Positions 16,952 to 25,822 of a stretch of DNA of 32,000 nucleotides are shown in pieces. The notes beneath the pieces were generated by a model that saw only the letters and a list, made by a program, of their open reading frames with translations, ran no database searches and was not told where the DNA came from. This DNA is from Synechocystis sp. PCC 6803 substr. PCC-P (GTDB lineage: Bacteria > Cyanobacteriota > Cyanobacteriia > Cyanobacteriales > Microcystaceae): positions 2,250,001 to 2,282,000 of the forward strand of contig NC_017039.1 in the NCBI RefSeq assembly GCF_000284455.1. Direction: 5' to 3'. Every line of letters begins with the position of its first letter. Position 1 is the stretch's first letter. Both the position numbers and the translations under genes were made by a program.

Positions 16952-17938
16952 CTAACTGGCGATAATATACTCTGCCATATTAGCCCGCCGACGCTTCAGT
17001 TGCGCAAGGGCTTGGTTTTCTAATTGGCGGACCCTTTCCCGGCTGATGTTGAGATGCTGGCCGATTTTAGCCAAAGATAGCTCTTGGCCATCGTTAAGAC
17101 CAAAACGCATGGTCAGCACAGCCTGTTGCTGGGGTGTTAATTCCGCCAGTAAATTTTGCAGGTCTTGACGCATGGACTCCTGGGTGATGTAAGCATCGGG
17201 GGAAACCCCTTCGTCCTCCAAGAGTTCGGACAATTCTGTGTCCTGATTATCCCCCACCCGCACATCGAGGGAGATGGGTTGGCGCGACAGACTGAGGTAC
17301 TCGCGAATTTGACTAGGGTCAATTTCCAGAGCCTTGGCTACTTCGGCGGGGGTGGCACTGCGGCCCAATTGTTGGGAAAGTTCCCGTTGGGTTTTTTTGA
17401 TTTTGTTTAACTTTTCAGTGATATGAATGGGCAAACGGATAGTCCGGCCCTGTTGGGCGATCGCCCGGGTGATGGCTTGGCGAATCCACCAGTAGGCATA
17501 GGTGGAGAATTTATAACCCTTGGTGGGGTCGAATTTTTCCACCCCCCGTTCTAAACCCAGGCTACCTTCTTGGATCAAATCCAAAAACTCCATATTGCGC
17601 TTCTGATATTTCTTGGCGATCGCCACCACCAACCGGAGGTTAGCTTCAATCATTTTCCGTTTGGCCCGTTCCCCTTGGCCCAGATAGCGGTGTAATTTCG
17701 TCACCGACAAATCCGCCGCTTCCGCCCATTCCGGGTCGGAGGGCTCTCGGCCCAATCTGTCAGCCAGGGCTTTCTTGTGCTCCAGCAGGGCCATCATTTG
17801 TTGGACTTGTTTACCGAGGATAATTTCTTGCTCATGGGTTAACAGGGGTACCCGACCAATTTCATGGAGATAGGACCTCACCATATCGGCGGTGAAAGTG
17901 GGGGGGGAGGTAGGGGAGGAGAGATTGGCGGTGGGCAT
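16952..17938 (-). CDS. sigB: group 2 RNA polymerase sigma-70 factor
   Basis: Region 2 motifs [41 protein letters not shown] and region 4.2 motif [14 protein letters not shown]. The ORF-track start (17998) is a TTG. The ATG at 17938 has AAGGAG 9 nt upstream, so I call it the start (328 aa). Calling it SigB rather than another group 2 sigma rests on remembered synteny. Confidence 0.88.
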   Translation of the reverse strand: MPTANLSSPTSPPTFTADMVRSYLHEIGRVPLLTHEQEIILGKQVQQMMALLEHKKALADRLGREPSDPEWAEAADLSVTKLHRYLGQGERAKRKMIEANLRLVVAIAKKYQKRNMEFLDLIQEGSLGLERGVEKFDPTKGYKFSTYAYWWIRQAITRAIAQQGRTIRLPIHITEKLNKIKKTQRELSQQLGRSATPAEVAKALEIDPSQIREYLSLSRQPISLDVRVGDNQDTELSELLEDEGVSPDAYITQESMRQDLQNLLAELTPQQQAVLTMRFGLNDGQELSLAKIGQHLNISRERVRQLENQALAQLKRRRANMAEYIIAS

Positions 17939-17947
17939 TCGGAATGA

Positions 17948-17953
17948 CTCCTT
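17948..17953 (-). promoter_or_regulatory. Shine-Dalgarno AAGGAG for sigB
   Basis: Plus-strand CTCCTT at 17948-17953, 9 nt upstream of the ATG at 17938 (minus strand). Confidence 0.6.
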
Positions 17954-18449
17954 AATGAAGAGCAACAGAATAACTGTCACTGTTACCATCTTTCCCAAAA
18001 ATGTCTTAGACTAAGTCATTGATGGTGGAGAATAGGGTAGTGCAGTCGTCAATTTTTTTTACACCGTGTCCTAACGAGTGGGCCTTTAGACGCCGCAAAT
18101 GGTGACAAGGTTCGGGAATAAATAATAATTTTTGTGGTTCTAGGCTGGGGCGTTACCGCCGAAACCAATACCACGCTCCTACAGCCGCATAGCTAAAAAG
18201 ATACCCAAAAAATCAATATCACCATGATGACGAATCATTAAGGGATTCCACAAGGGCCAAGATGAAGGATTACCGAATGGCACAGTGGGGTTAACCCAAC
18301 ATATTTTTTTGTCAAGCTGGCAAGCCGTTTTCCAGGCGGATAGTTTACCTCCTTGACTTTTTCCTCTGGTTGATTAACTCAGTGGAGTTTTTAACGTTTT
18401 TCCGCTTGACCCTCCATAAACTAAGGAATTTTTAGGCTTGATTTTTTCA

Positions 18450-19397
18450 ATGGATATTCCCAACACCACCGCAACCATTGCAACTATTCCCCAGGCTCCT
18501 GCGGGTTTTCGTTCCGGCTTTGTGGCCATTGTCGGCCGTCCCAATGTGGGTAAATCAACTTTGATGAACCAATTGGTCGGACAAAAAATTGCCATCACTT
18601 CCCCCGTAGCCCAAACCACTCGCAACCGCTTACAGGGCATTATCACCACCCCCAGCAGTCAGATAATTTTGCTCGATACCCCTGGTATTCACAAACCCCA
18701 CCATGAGTTGGGAAGGGTGCTGGTAAAAAATGCGATCCAAGCTATCCATAGCGTTGATCTAGTCGTTTTTCTTGTGGACAGCAGTGCAACTTTGGGACGG
18801 GGAGACCGGTTTGTGGTGGATTTGCTGCAAAAAACTGACGGGCCGGTGGTGGTAGGACTCAATAAACAGGACCAACAGCCCCCAGACCAGCGGGAAGAAC
18901 TTAACGCTAGCTATGAAACCCTGACAGAAAACCATGGTTGGCCCTGCTTTAAATTTTCTGCTTTGACGGGGGAAGGTTTAAGCAATTTTCAGAGTGCCTT
19001 GGAGGCAAGACTGGATCCTGGCCCCTATTACTATCCGCCGGATTTGGTCACCGACCAGCCGGAACGGTTCATTATGGCCGAGTTAATTCGGGAGCAGATT
19101 TTGTTGCTCACCCGCCAGGAGGTGCCTCACTCCGTGGCGATCGCCATTGAGAAGGTGGAAGAAACGCCCGAACGCACCAATGTTTTTGCCGCCATCACAG
19201 TGGAAAGAGGTTCCCAAAAGGGCATTATCATTGGCCAAAAAGGTAGTATGCTTCAGGCGATCGGCACTGCGGCCCGGCAACAAATTCAAAAATTAATTTC
19301 CGGGGATGTTTATTTAAAACTATTTGTGAAAGTTGAACCAAAATGGCGGCAGTCTCGCCAGCAGTTGTTAGAATTTGGATACCGTGTGGAAGAGTAG
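18450..19397 (+). CDS. era: GTPase Era
   Basis: G1 GRPNVGKST, G3 DTPG, G4 NKQD, and a C-terminal KH domain (VERGSQKGIIIGQKGSMLQAIG). The track start at 18438 is a TTG; the ATG at 18450 gives MDIPNTT. Confidence 0.92.
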   Translation: MDIPNTTATIATIPQAPAGFRSGFVAIVGRPNVGKSTLMNQLVGQKIAITSPVAQTTRNRLQGIITTPSSQIILLDTPGIHKPHHELGRVLVKNAIQAIHSVDLVVFLVDSSATLGRGDRFVVDLLQKTDGPVVVGLNKQDQQPPDQREELNASYETLTENHGWPCFKFSALTGEGLSNFQSALEARLDPGPYYYPPDLVTDQPERFIMAELIREQILLLTRQEVPHSVAIAIEKVEETPERTNVFAAITVERGSQKGIIIGQKGSMLQAIGTAARQQIQKLISGDVYLKLFVKVEPKWRQSRQQLLEFGYRVEE

Positions 19398-19406
19398 CAA
19401 GAAGCA

Positions 19407-22400
19407 ATGACTAGCGATCCCAATCCAGCCCAGGCATTTGAAAATTGGTTTGAGGAGGAAGAGGGGGATGACGCCTTTACTTCCCTCATTGCCGGTGAGG
19501 AGACTAACAGTGGGATTGAAGAACTGGATTTTGGCGATTTATTTGAGGGAGAACCCACCGTCATCCAGGGTGAAGGGTTTGGCTCGCCGTCCTCTGGAGA
19601 GGAAGATCCGCCGGTCCGCATGACCCTAGATTTTAATTCCCCGGAAGCGGAACTAGACGCTCTCTTTACCGATGAGGATGCCCCCACAACGGCGATCGAT
19701 CCCTTTGAAAGCTCCAGTTGGCTAGAAATCGACCAGATGATGGAAGCTGATCCCCTGGCTTCCATTCCTGAGACCAATGCCCCCGCTTACCAGACCGCTG
19801 GTGGCCTAGATGACAATGACCTAGCCGAATTGCAGGATTTACTAGGAGTAGGGGACGTCGAGCCCGCCATTACCAACCCTGGTTTGCACTCCTTTGCTGG
19901 GGCTGATCGGGTAACTCCATTGACAAATGAGGTCCTGCTTTTTGCGGCGATCGATGACTTAGACGGATTGATTAATGCCCCTGTCCTGGACGAAGAATTT
20001 TCCTTTACCGAACTAGAGACTTTAATCGATACCCCAGCCCCAAAATCTTTTGCCACCATCAGCCATCCTTTTCGTTTACCGGTGGCTATGGAGGAAGACG
20101 AGGATGAATTCAAAGACTTAGAAGCATTATTAGAGCAAGCGGATAGCAGTCTGGGGGGGGGCATAGCCGGCATGGGAGGGGCTCGGCTGCCCGCTCGACC
20201 TAGGCAGGTTAAATCCCGTAGTTTTGAGCAAACTATGCGGGTGCCCATCAAACAACTTGACAACCTCAGTAACCTGATCGGGGAGCTAGTGGTCAAACGG
20301 AATCGCCTTGAACAGGATCAGGAGCGTTTACGACAGTTTTTGGATAATCTGCTCAACCAAGCCCAAAACCTCAGCGATGTGGGGGGGCGGATGCAGGATT
20401 TATACGAAAGAACTTTGTTGGAAGGGGCCCTTTTAGCCAGCCGCAGCACCAACAGCCGTCACCACTCCTCGAAAACCACCTACCCCGATGCCAGGATCAC
20501 GGCCTCTAGTTCCTCGACCATGAATGACCAGCCTTTGGATGCGCTGGAAATGGATCGATTTACCGGATTTCACCTGCTTTCCCAGGAGATGATCGAGTTA
20601 ATTGTGCGGGTGCGGGAATCTGCGTCGGATATTCAGTACTTGGTGGACGAGACAGATCAGGTGGCCCGAACCCTCCGGCAGGTGACTACGCAGTTACAGG
20701 AGGGAATGACCAAATCTCGCATGGTGCCCTTTACCCAAACCGCCGATCGCCTGCCACGGGCCATCCGGGAAGTGTCCATGAAATTGAATAAAAAAGTCAA
20801 CCTAGAGGTGGAAGGGGGCGACGTGCTCATCGACAAAATGATTTTGGAGCACCTCTACAATCCCATGACCCATTTGGTTAACAATGCCATCACCCACGGT
20901 ATTGAAACCCCAGCAGAACGACAAAAATTAGGCAAATCCCCCGAAGGGCATCTAGCAGTGCGGGCCTTTCTCCAGGGCAACCAAACCCTGATCACCGTCT
21001 CCGATGATGGAGCAGGGATCAACACGGAAATGGTTAAACAAAAAGCAGTGGAAAAAGGGCTCATTAGCCGTATGGAGGCCCAGAGCCTATCCCAGTCAGA
21101 GGTTTATGACCTCCTGTTCCATGCTGGTTTTAGCACCAAGGACACAGCGGACGACTTTGCCGGTAGGGGAGTAGGTCTTGACGTGGTACGCACCAGTCTG
21201 ATCGATATTCGCGGAGCCATCAACATTGAATCCACTGTGGGCAAGGGCACCACTTTTACCATTCGTTTGCCCCTCACCCTGAGCATTTGCAAAGCCCTTT
21301 GTTGCCTGAGCGATCGGGCTCGCATCGCCTTTCCCATGGACGGGGTGGAAGATACCAGGGACTATTTGCCCAAAGACATTGTTACCGATGAGGATGGTCA
21401 AAAGTGCGTTAAATACGGCAAGGAAGCCCTGCTTTTACCGCTCTATCCCCTCAAAGATTTGCTCAACTATAACCGGCAATTAAGCCGGGGTAGTGTGTAT
21501 GGGGGCAAGCAAGAGGAAGATGTGGTGCGGGTCATCATTGCCCGGGGGAGTTCTGGTAACCTGTTAGCCCTCCAGATAGACCAGGTATTAGGGGAAGAAG
21601 AAATTGTTATCAAGCAAATTGAAGGGCCCATTCCCAAACCTCCAGGCATTGCCGGGGCTACCGTGCGGGGGGATGGTAGCATCATGCCCATTGCCGATGT
21701 TTTGGAACTGATCGAAATTGCCCAGGGTCGTCTCCGCACTGACAGCAGTGGTGGACTATGGCGCAAAACCCTGACCCCCACGGTCAATGAAGTCCACATG
21801 GACCCCACTGTGCTAATTGTGGACGACTCCATCACGGTGCGGGAATTGCTCTCCCTCAGTTTCAAAAAAGCTGGTTTCCGGGTAGAACAGGCTAGGGATG
21901 GACAGGAAGCCTGGGATCAACTCAAGTCTGGTCTGCCCTGTGACTTGGTCTTCTGTGACATTGAAATGCCCCGCAAAAATGGCTTGGAATTGTTATCGGA
22001 ACTGCAAGCAGACGAAGAACTATCTTCCATTCCAGTGGCCTTACTCACTTCCAGGGGAGCCGATCGCCATCGTAAAGTGGCGGCCAAGCTGGGGGCAACG
22101 GGCTATTTCACCAAGCCCTATACAGAAAAAGACATTTTGGACGCGGCCAACCGGATGTTGAATGGGGAGGTGTTACTCCCCGGCAGTACCCGCAAAACTA
22201 ATTCCATTCTTTCTCGCTTCAAAAAAGCCCGAGGCAACTTCTCCGAAGAAGCTCCCACCATTGTGAGAAGTAATCCAGGTACCCTACGTTCGACGGTGTT
22301 AATTATTGATGACTCGGTGATGGTGCGGGAAATGCTTTCTATGACCTTTAAAAAAGCCGATTACCATACAGAAACTGCTCGGGATGGCCAGGATGCCTGG

Positions 22401-22694
22401 GAAAAACTCAAGTCTGGCTTACCCTGTGATTTGATTCTCTGTGACATTGAAATGCCCCGCATGAACGGTCTGGAATTATTGGAGCGCATTCAAGAAGATC
22501 CCAACCTTTCCCGTATTCCAGTGGCCATGATTACCTCCCGGGGAGCACAAAAAATGCAGCGCATGGCAGCAGAAAAAGGCGCCAAGGGATACTTTGTGAA
22601 GCCCTACATTGAGGAAACTTTATTGGAAGCCAGTCAAAGGTTGATAAGGGGAGAAGTGTTGCTAGATTTGGCCGCTCTAAGTGCAGACGAGTAA
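19407..22694 (+). CDS. pilL-C: CheA-like hybrid histidine kinase without an Hpt domain: acidic N-terminal region, dimerisation domain, HATPase, CheW-like domain, two receiver domains
   Basis: 1095-aa ORF. Dimerisation region MRVPIKQLDNLSNLIGELVVKRNRLEQ. N-box HLVNNAITHGIE, G1 DDGAGI, G2 GRGVGLDVV. CheW-like segment ALCCLSDRARIAFPMDGV...IMPIADVLELI. Two REC domains have DD, D (CDIEMP) and K (KP) all present. No HxxKG-type Hpt motif in the first ~275 aa. The gene name is from remembered literature on the split pilL of Synechocystis. Confidence 0.9.
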   Translation: MTSDPNPAQAFENWFEEEEGDDAFTSLIAGEETNSGIEELDFGDLFEGEPTVIQGEGFGSPSSGEEDPPVRMTLDFNSPEAELDALFTDEDAPTTAIDPFESSSWLEIDQMMEADPLASIPETNAPAYQTAGGLDDNDLAELQDLLGVGDVEPAITNPGLHSFAGADRVTPLTNEVLLFAAIDDLDGLINAPVLDEEFSFTELETLIDTPAPKSFATISHPFRLPVAMEEDEDEFKDLEALLEQADSSLGGGIAGMGGARLPARPRQVKSRSFEQTMRVPIKQLDNLSNLIGELVVKRNRLEQDQERLRQFLDNLLNQAQNLSDVGGRMQDLYERTLLEGALLASRSTNSRHHSSKTTYPDARITASSSSTMNDQPLDALEMDRFTGFHLLSQEMIELIVRVRESASDIQYLVDETDQVARTLRQVTTQLQEGMTKSRMVPFTQTADRLPRAIREVSMKLNKKVNLEVEGGDVLIDKMILEHLYNPMTHLVNNAITHGIETPAERQKLGKSPEGHLAVRAFLQGNQTLITVSDDGAGINTEMVKQKAVEKGLISRMEAQSLSQSEVYDLLFHAGFSTKDTADDFAGRGVGLDVVRTSLIDIRGAINIESTVGKGTTFTIRLPLTLSICKALCCLSDRARIAFPMDGVEDTRDYLPKDIVTDEDGQKCVKYGKEALLLPLYPLKDLLNYNRQLSRGSVYGGKQEEDVVRVIIARGSSGNLLALQIDQVLGEEEIVIKQIEGPIPKPPGIAGATVRGDGSIMPIADVLELIEIAQGRLRTDSSGGLWRKTLTPTVNEVHMDPTVLIVDDSITVRELLSLSFKKAGFRVEQARDGQEAWDQLKSGLPCDLVFCDIEMPRKNGLELLSELQADEELSSIPVALLTSRGADRHRKVAAKLGATGYFTKPYTEKDILDAANRMLNGEVLLPGSTRKTNSILSRFKKARGNFSEEAPTIVRSNPGTLRSTVLIIDDSVMVREMLSMTFKKADYHTETARDGQDAWEKLKSGLPCDLILCDIEMPRMNGLELLERIQEDPNLSRIPVAMITSRGAQKMQRMAAEKGAKGYFVKPYIEETLLEASQRLIRGEVLLDLAALSADE
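20153..20161 (+). repeat. G9 homopolymer inside the kinase coding sequence
   Basis: Read directly: ctg ggg ggg ggc, encoding LGGG. Nine consecutive G, the longest G/C homopolymer I found in the window. Confidence 0.95.
21807..22664 (+). repeat. tandem duplication of the receiver-domain coding unit (2 x 372 nt, 486-nt period)
   Basis: Units 21807-22178 and 22293-22664 encode TVLIVDDSITVRELL...NGEVLL and TVLIIDDSVMVREML...RGEVLL. My hand alignment gives 78 of 124 residues identical. Long shared nucleotide runs occur, e.g. ctgtgacattgaaatgccccgca. Confidence 0.85.
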
Positions 22695-22696
22695 TG
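22692..22696 (+). other. TAATG stop/start overlap (kinase stop, mannosidase start)
   Basis: TAA at 22692-22694 and ATG at 22694-22696 share one base. Confidence 0.9.
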
Positions 22697-25600
22697 ACAG
22701 AATCGTTGAGTCCCTTACTGCCGGAAATTAGTATCGCCCTGGTGCTGGAACAACTAAGGCGTTTATGTCGGCAAAATTGTCAAAGCCATTGGTATTGCTT
22801 ACCTGGTGCGCCTTGGGAGATTTCTGATTGGCAAACTTATCCATTGGGTAAAGTTAACGAGAAGGGTTATTTAATTTGGGAAAAAGGCGAAAAAACCCAA
22901 TGGTTTGCCCAAACTTTTACCGTGCCTAAAGCTTTGGCGGACTATCCTTTAGATGGTTTGACATTGCGGTTAGCTTTAACTTGGTGGGCCAAGGATGCTC
23001 AAATTTTTGTTAATGGCGAGTTAGTTCAAGCTGGGGATTTATTTGATTCTAAAGCTAGAGTTTTGTTAACTGATAACTCCCAAATTGGTCGAACATTTAC
23101 CGTAGCTTTAAAGTTAACTAGTTCCGGCCATGACATTGGTGGATTGATGCAGTCCCAATTAATTTTTGAGCGGAAATATCCTGACCTAGATCCGGGTTTT
23201 ATTGCTGACGAAATTGAAGTTCTAAGCTTATATTTAGCTCAATTTGAATCAGAAAGACTAGCTCAATTAAGTAAAACTTTAGAAGCAATTACTTGGAATA
23301 AAATTTCAGATCAAGAACAATTTGATCAATCATTACTGCAACTTCGCCAGCGGTTACTACTGTTAACTGAAGGACTAAAACAACAACAAATAAATTTACT
23401 AGGGCATGCCCATCTAGATATGGCTTGGTTATGGCAGTTGGAGGAGACTTGGGAAGTAGGAGAAAGAACTTTTCAATCAGTCATTAATTTACAAACAGAG
23501 TTTGCTGATTTAGTGTTTGGCCACACCAGTCCGGTTTTATACCAATGGATTGAAGAGCATCTACCGGCATTATTTGAGCAAATTCAAGTAGCAATTAAAA
23601 AAGGAAACTGGGAACTTTTAGGAGGCATGTGGGTTGAACCAGAAGTAAATATTATTAGCGGTGAATCCTTAGCCCGTCAATTTCTTTATGGCCAGAGGTA
23701 TTTTGAAGCAAAGTTTGGTCAAATTAGCAAAGTTGCTTGGCTTCCCGATAGTTTTGGTTTTTGTGGTCAGTTGCCCCAAATTTTTCATCAAAGTGGGATC
23801 GATTATTTTGTTACTGGGAAACTCCACTGGAACGATACTAATTCCTTTCCCCATGGGGCTTTCCACTGGCGATCGCCGGATGGGACAGAAATTTTCACAG
23901 TAATGTCTCCCCCCAACCTAGCTGGAGTAATGGATAATCAACCCTTACCTATGGCTAATTATGCTAATCGTTGGCAAGAGCAAACCGGACTTAAGGAATG
24001 TCTTTGGTTGCCGGGGGTGGGAGACCATGGCGGTGGCCCCAGTCGGGATATGTGGGAGATGAAGGAACGGTGGCAAAATTCGGAATTTTTCCCAACTATT
24101 AACACAGCCAAGGCTGAACATTTTTTAGCTGGCATTAAACAGAAGTTACAATCAGATCAGTCTTTTCCTATTTGGGAAAGGGAATTATATTTGGAATTGC
24201 ATCGGGGCTGTTTTACTGTTCATGCTGACCAAAAACTTTATAATCGCCAGTGTGAACATTTACTCTATGAAGCAGAACTTTGGAGTAGTTTTGCTAATTG
24301 GTTAGGCGGCTATAGCTACCCCAAAGAAAAACTAGAACTAGCTTGGAAAAAAGTTTTACTAAACCAGTTCCACGATATTTTGCCAGGGACTTCTATTCCT
24401 GAGGTTTTTGTTACTGCTAATCAAGCTTGGCAAGAAGTTTACCAAACTACTAATAAAATCATTAATCAAGCACTAAAACATCTCAGTGATCAGATTAATT
24501 ATCCTAGTTATCACCATGATTCAACCGAACGAGAGACACCACTATTAGTTTTTAATCCTCTCCATTGGTCACAAAGTCAGCTTGTGGAAATTCCCATTCA
24601 AGAAGGCAAGCATTATCAAGTTTATGATGGTCAAACAAAAACGTTGGTTAATAGTCAAATTACAGCGGAAGGTAGTCTAATATTTTTAGTTGACTCGCCA
24701 CCTTTGACTTGTAAGTACTATTGGTTAAAAACAAAAGAGCCTTTATCCAACAGTCAGCAACTTGAATCTTTCAGTCAAGACCCTATTTTGAATAATGGTT
24801 TACTCAAAGTTGAAATTAGTTTGGATAATGGGGAAATAGCCAGCATTTATGACTTAGCTAACCAACGCCAAGTTTTGGCTGGCCATGGCAATCAGCTACA
24901 ATTTTTCCGCGACCAAGGGCAATATTGGGATGCCTGGAATATTGATCCCAATTACGAGCAATATCCTTTATCTTCTGCAAAATTGATCAATTACCAATGG
25001 CTGGAACAAGGTCCCCTGCATTGGCGCTTAAGGGTGGTCAAAAAATTTCAGCAATCGGTTTTTACCCAGGACTATTGCTTAACCAAAGATTCTCCATTAC
25101 TAGAAATTAAAACTGAAGTGGATTGGCAAGAAACCCACGTGATGGTGAAAGCAGCTTTTCCGATCGCTTTGCAAAGTGAATTTTTTACTACGGAAGCTCC
25201 TTGTGCTGTGGTTGATCGCCCAACTAATCCCCAAACTGAGACAGAAAAAGCCCAATGGGAAGTACCCCACCAACATTGGTTTTCCTTAACTGATCAAACG
25301 GAAAATTATGGGGTTAGTTTGCTTAATAATTGTAAATATGGTTGTGATGTGAAAGATAATTTAATGCGCTTAACTCTTCTGCGTAGTAGCGTGTGGCCAG
25401 ATCCAAGCGCTGACCGGGGTAAACATAAATTTAGTTATTACTTTTATCCCCATCAAGGAAATTGGCAATCGGCAAAAACGGTAGCCGTGGGTTATGGTAT
25501 CCATCGTCCTTTGCGGACCTATTTTCCTGAAAATTTCAACCCCTTATCAAGTCAAAAATTATTATCTCCGGGAGAGCCCTGGTTAAACCTTGGCAGCGAT

Positions 25601-25822
25601 AATCTTTGTTTAATGGCTCTGAAGTTAAGGGAAGATTATCCTGATCAATGGGTATTGCGATGTTACGAAATGTCAGGAGAATCAGCCCAATTAGAAGTAA
25701 TCACAGCTTTTGACCATAGGGTTAAAACAAGGCTAAATTTGTTGGAGGAAGCCCAACCAGAGGAAAATAATAACCATGTTAATCCCTGGCAAATTGTTAG
25801 CGTCTGCTTAGCCTATGACTAA
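22694..25822 (+). CDS. glycoside hydrolase family 38 alpha-mannosidase (cytosolic; no signal peptide)
   Basis: 1042-aa ORF. GH38 N-terminal metal/catalytic motifs LLGHAHLDMAWLW, GGMWVEPE and WLPDSFG (nucleophile Asp), plus the central motif NQFHDILPGTSI. Confidence 0.9.
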   Translation: MTESLSPLLPEISIALVLEQLRRLCRQNCQSHWYCLPGAPWEISDWQTYPLGKVNEKGYLIWEKGEKTQWFAQTFTVPKALADYPLDGLTLRLALTWWAKDAQIFVNGELVQAGDLFDSKARVLLTDNSQIGRTFTVALKLTSSGHDIGGLMQSQLIFERKYPDLDPGFIADEIEVLSLYLAQFESERLAQLSKTLEAITWNKISDQEQFDQSLLQLRQRLLLLTEGLKQQQINLLGHAHLDMAWLWQLEETWEVGERTFQSVINLQTEFADLVFGHTSPVLYQWIEEHLPALFEQIQVAIKKGNWELLGGMWVEPEVNIISGESLARQFLYGQRYFEAKFGQISKVAWLPDSFGFCGQLPQIFHQSGIDYFVTGKLHWNDTNSFPHGAFHWRSPDGTEIFTVMSPPNLAGVMDNQPLPMANYANRWQEQTGLKECLWLPGVGDHGGGPSRDMWEMKERWQNSEFFPTINTAKAEHFLAGIKQKLQSDQSFPIWERELYLELHRGCFTVHADQKLYNRQCEHLLYEAELWSSFANWLGGYSYPKEKLELAWKKVLLNQFHDILPGTSIPEVFVTANQAWQEVYQTTNKIINQALKHLSDQINYPSYHHDSTERETPLLVFNPLHWSQSQLVEIPIQEGKHYQVYDGQTKTLVNSQITAEGSLIFLVDSPPLTCKYYWLKTKEPLSNSQQLESFSQDPILNNGLLKVEISLDNGEIASIYDLANQRQVLAGHGNQLQFFRDQGQYWDAWNIDPNYEQYPLSSAKLINYQWLEQGPLHWRLRVVKKFQQSVFTQDYCLTKDSPLLEIKTEVDWQETHVMVKAAFPIALQSEFFTTEAPCAVVDRPTNPQTETEKAQWEVPHQHWFSLTDQTENYGVSLLNNCKYGCDVKDNLMRLTLLRSSVWPDPSADRGKHKFSYYFYPHQGNWQSAKTVAVGYGIHRPLRTYFPENFNPLSSQKLLSPGEPWLNLGSDNLCLMALKLREDYPDQWVLRCYEMSGESAQLEVITAFDHRVKTRLNLLEEAQPEENNNHVNPWQIVSVCLAYD
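25815..25822 (+). other. ATGACTAA start/stop overlap (permease start inside the mannosidase stop region)
   Basis: ATG at 25815-25817 and mannosidase TAA at 25820-25822; an 8-nt overlap. Confidence 0.9.
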
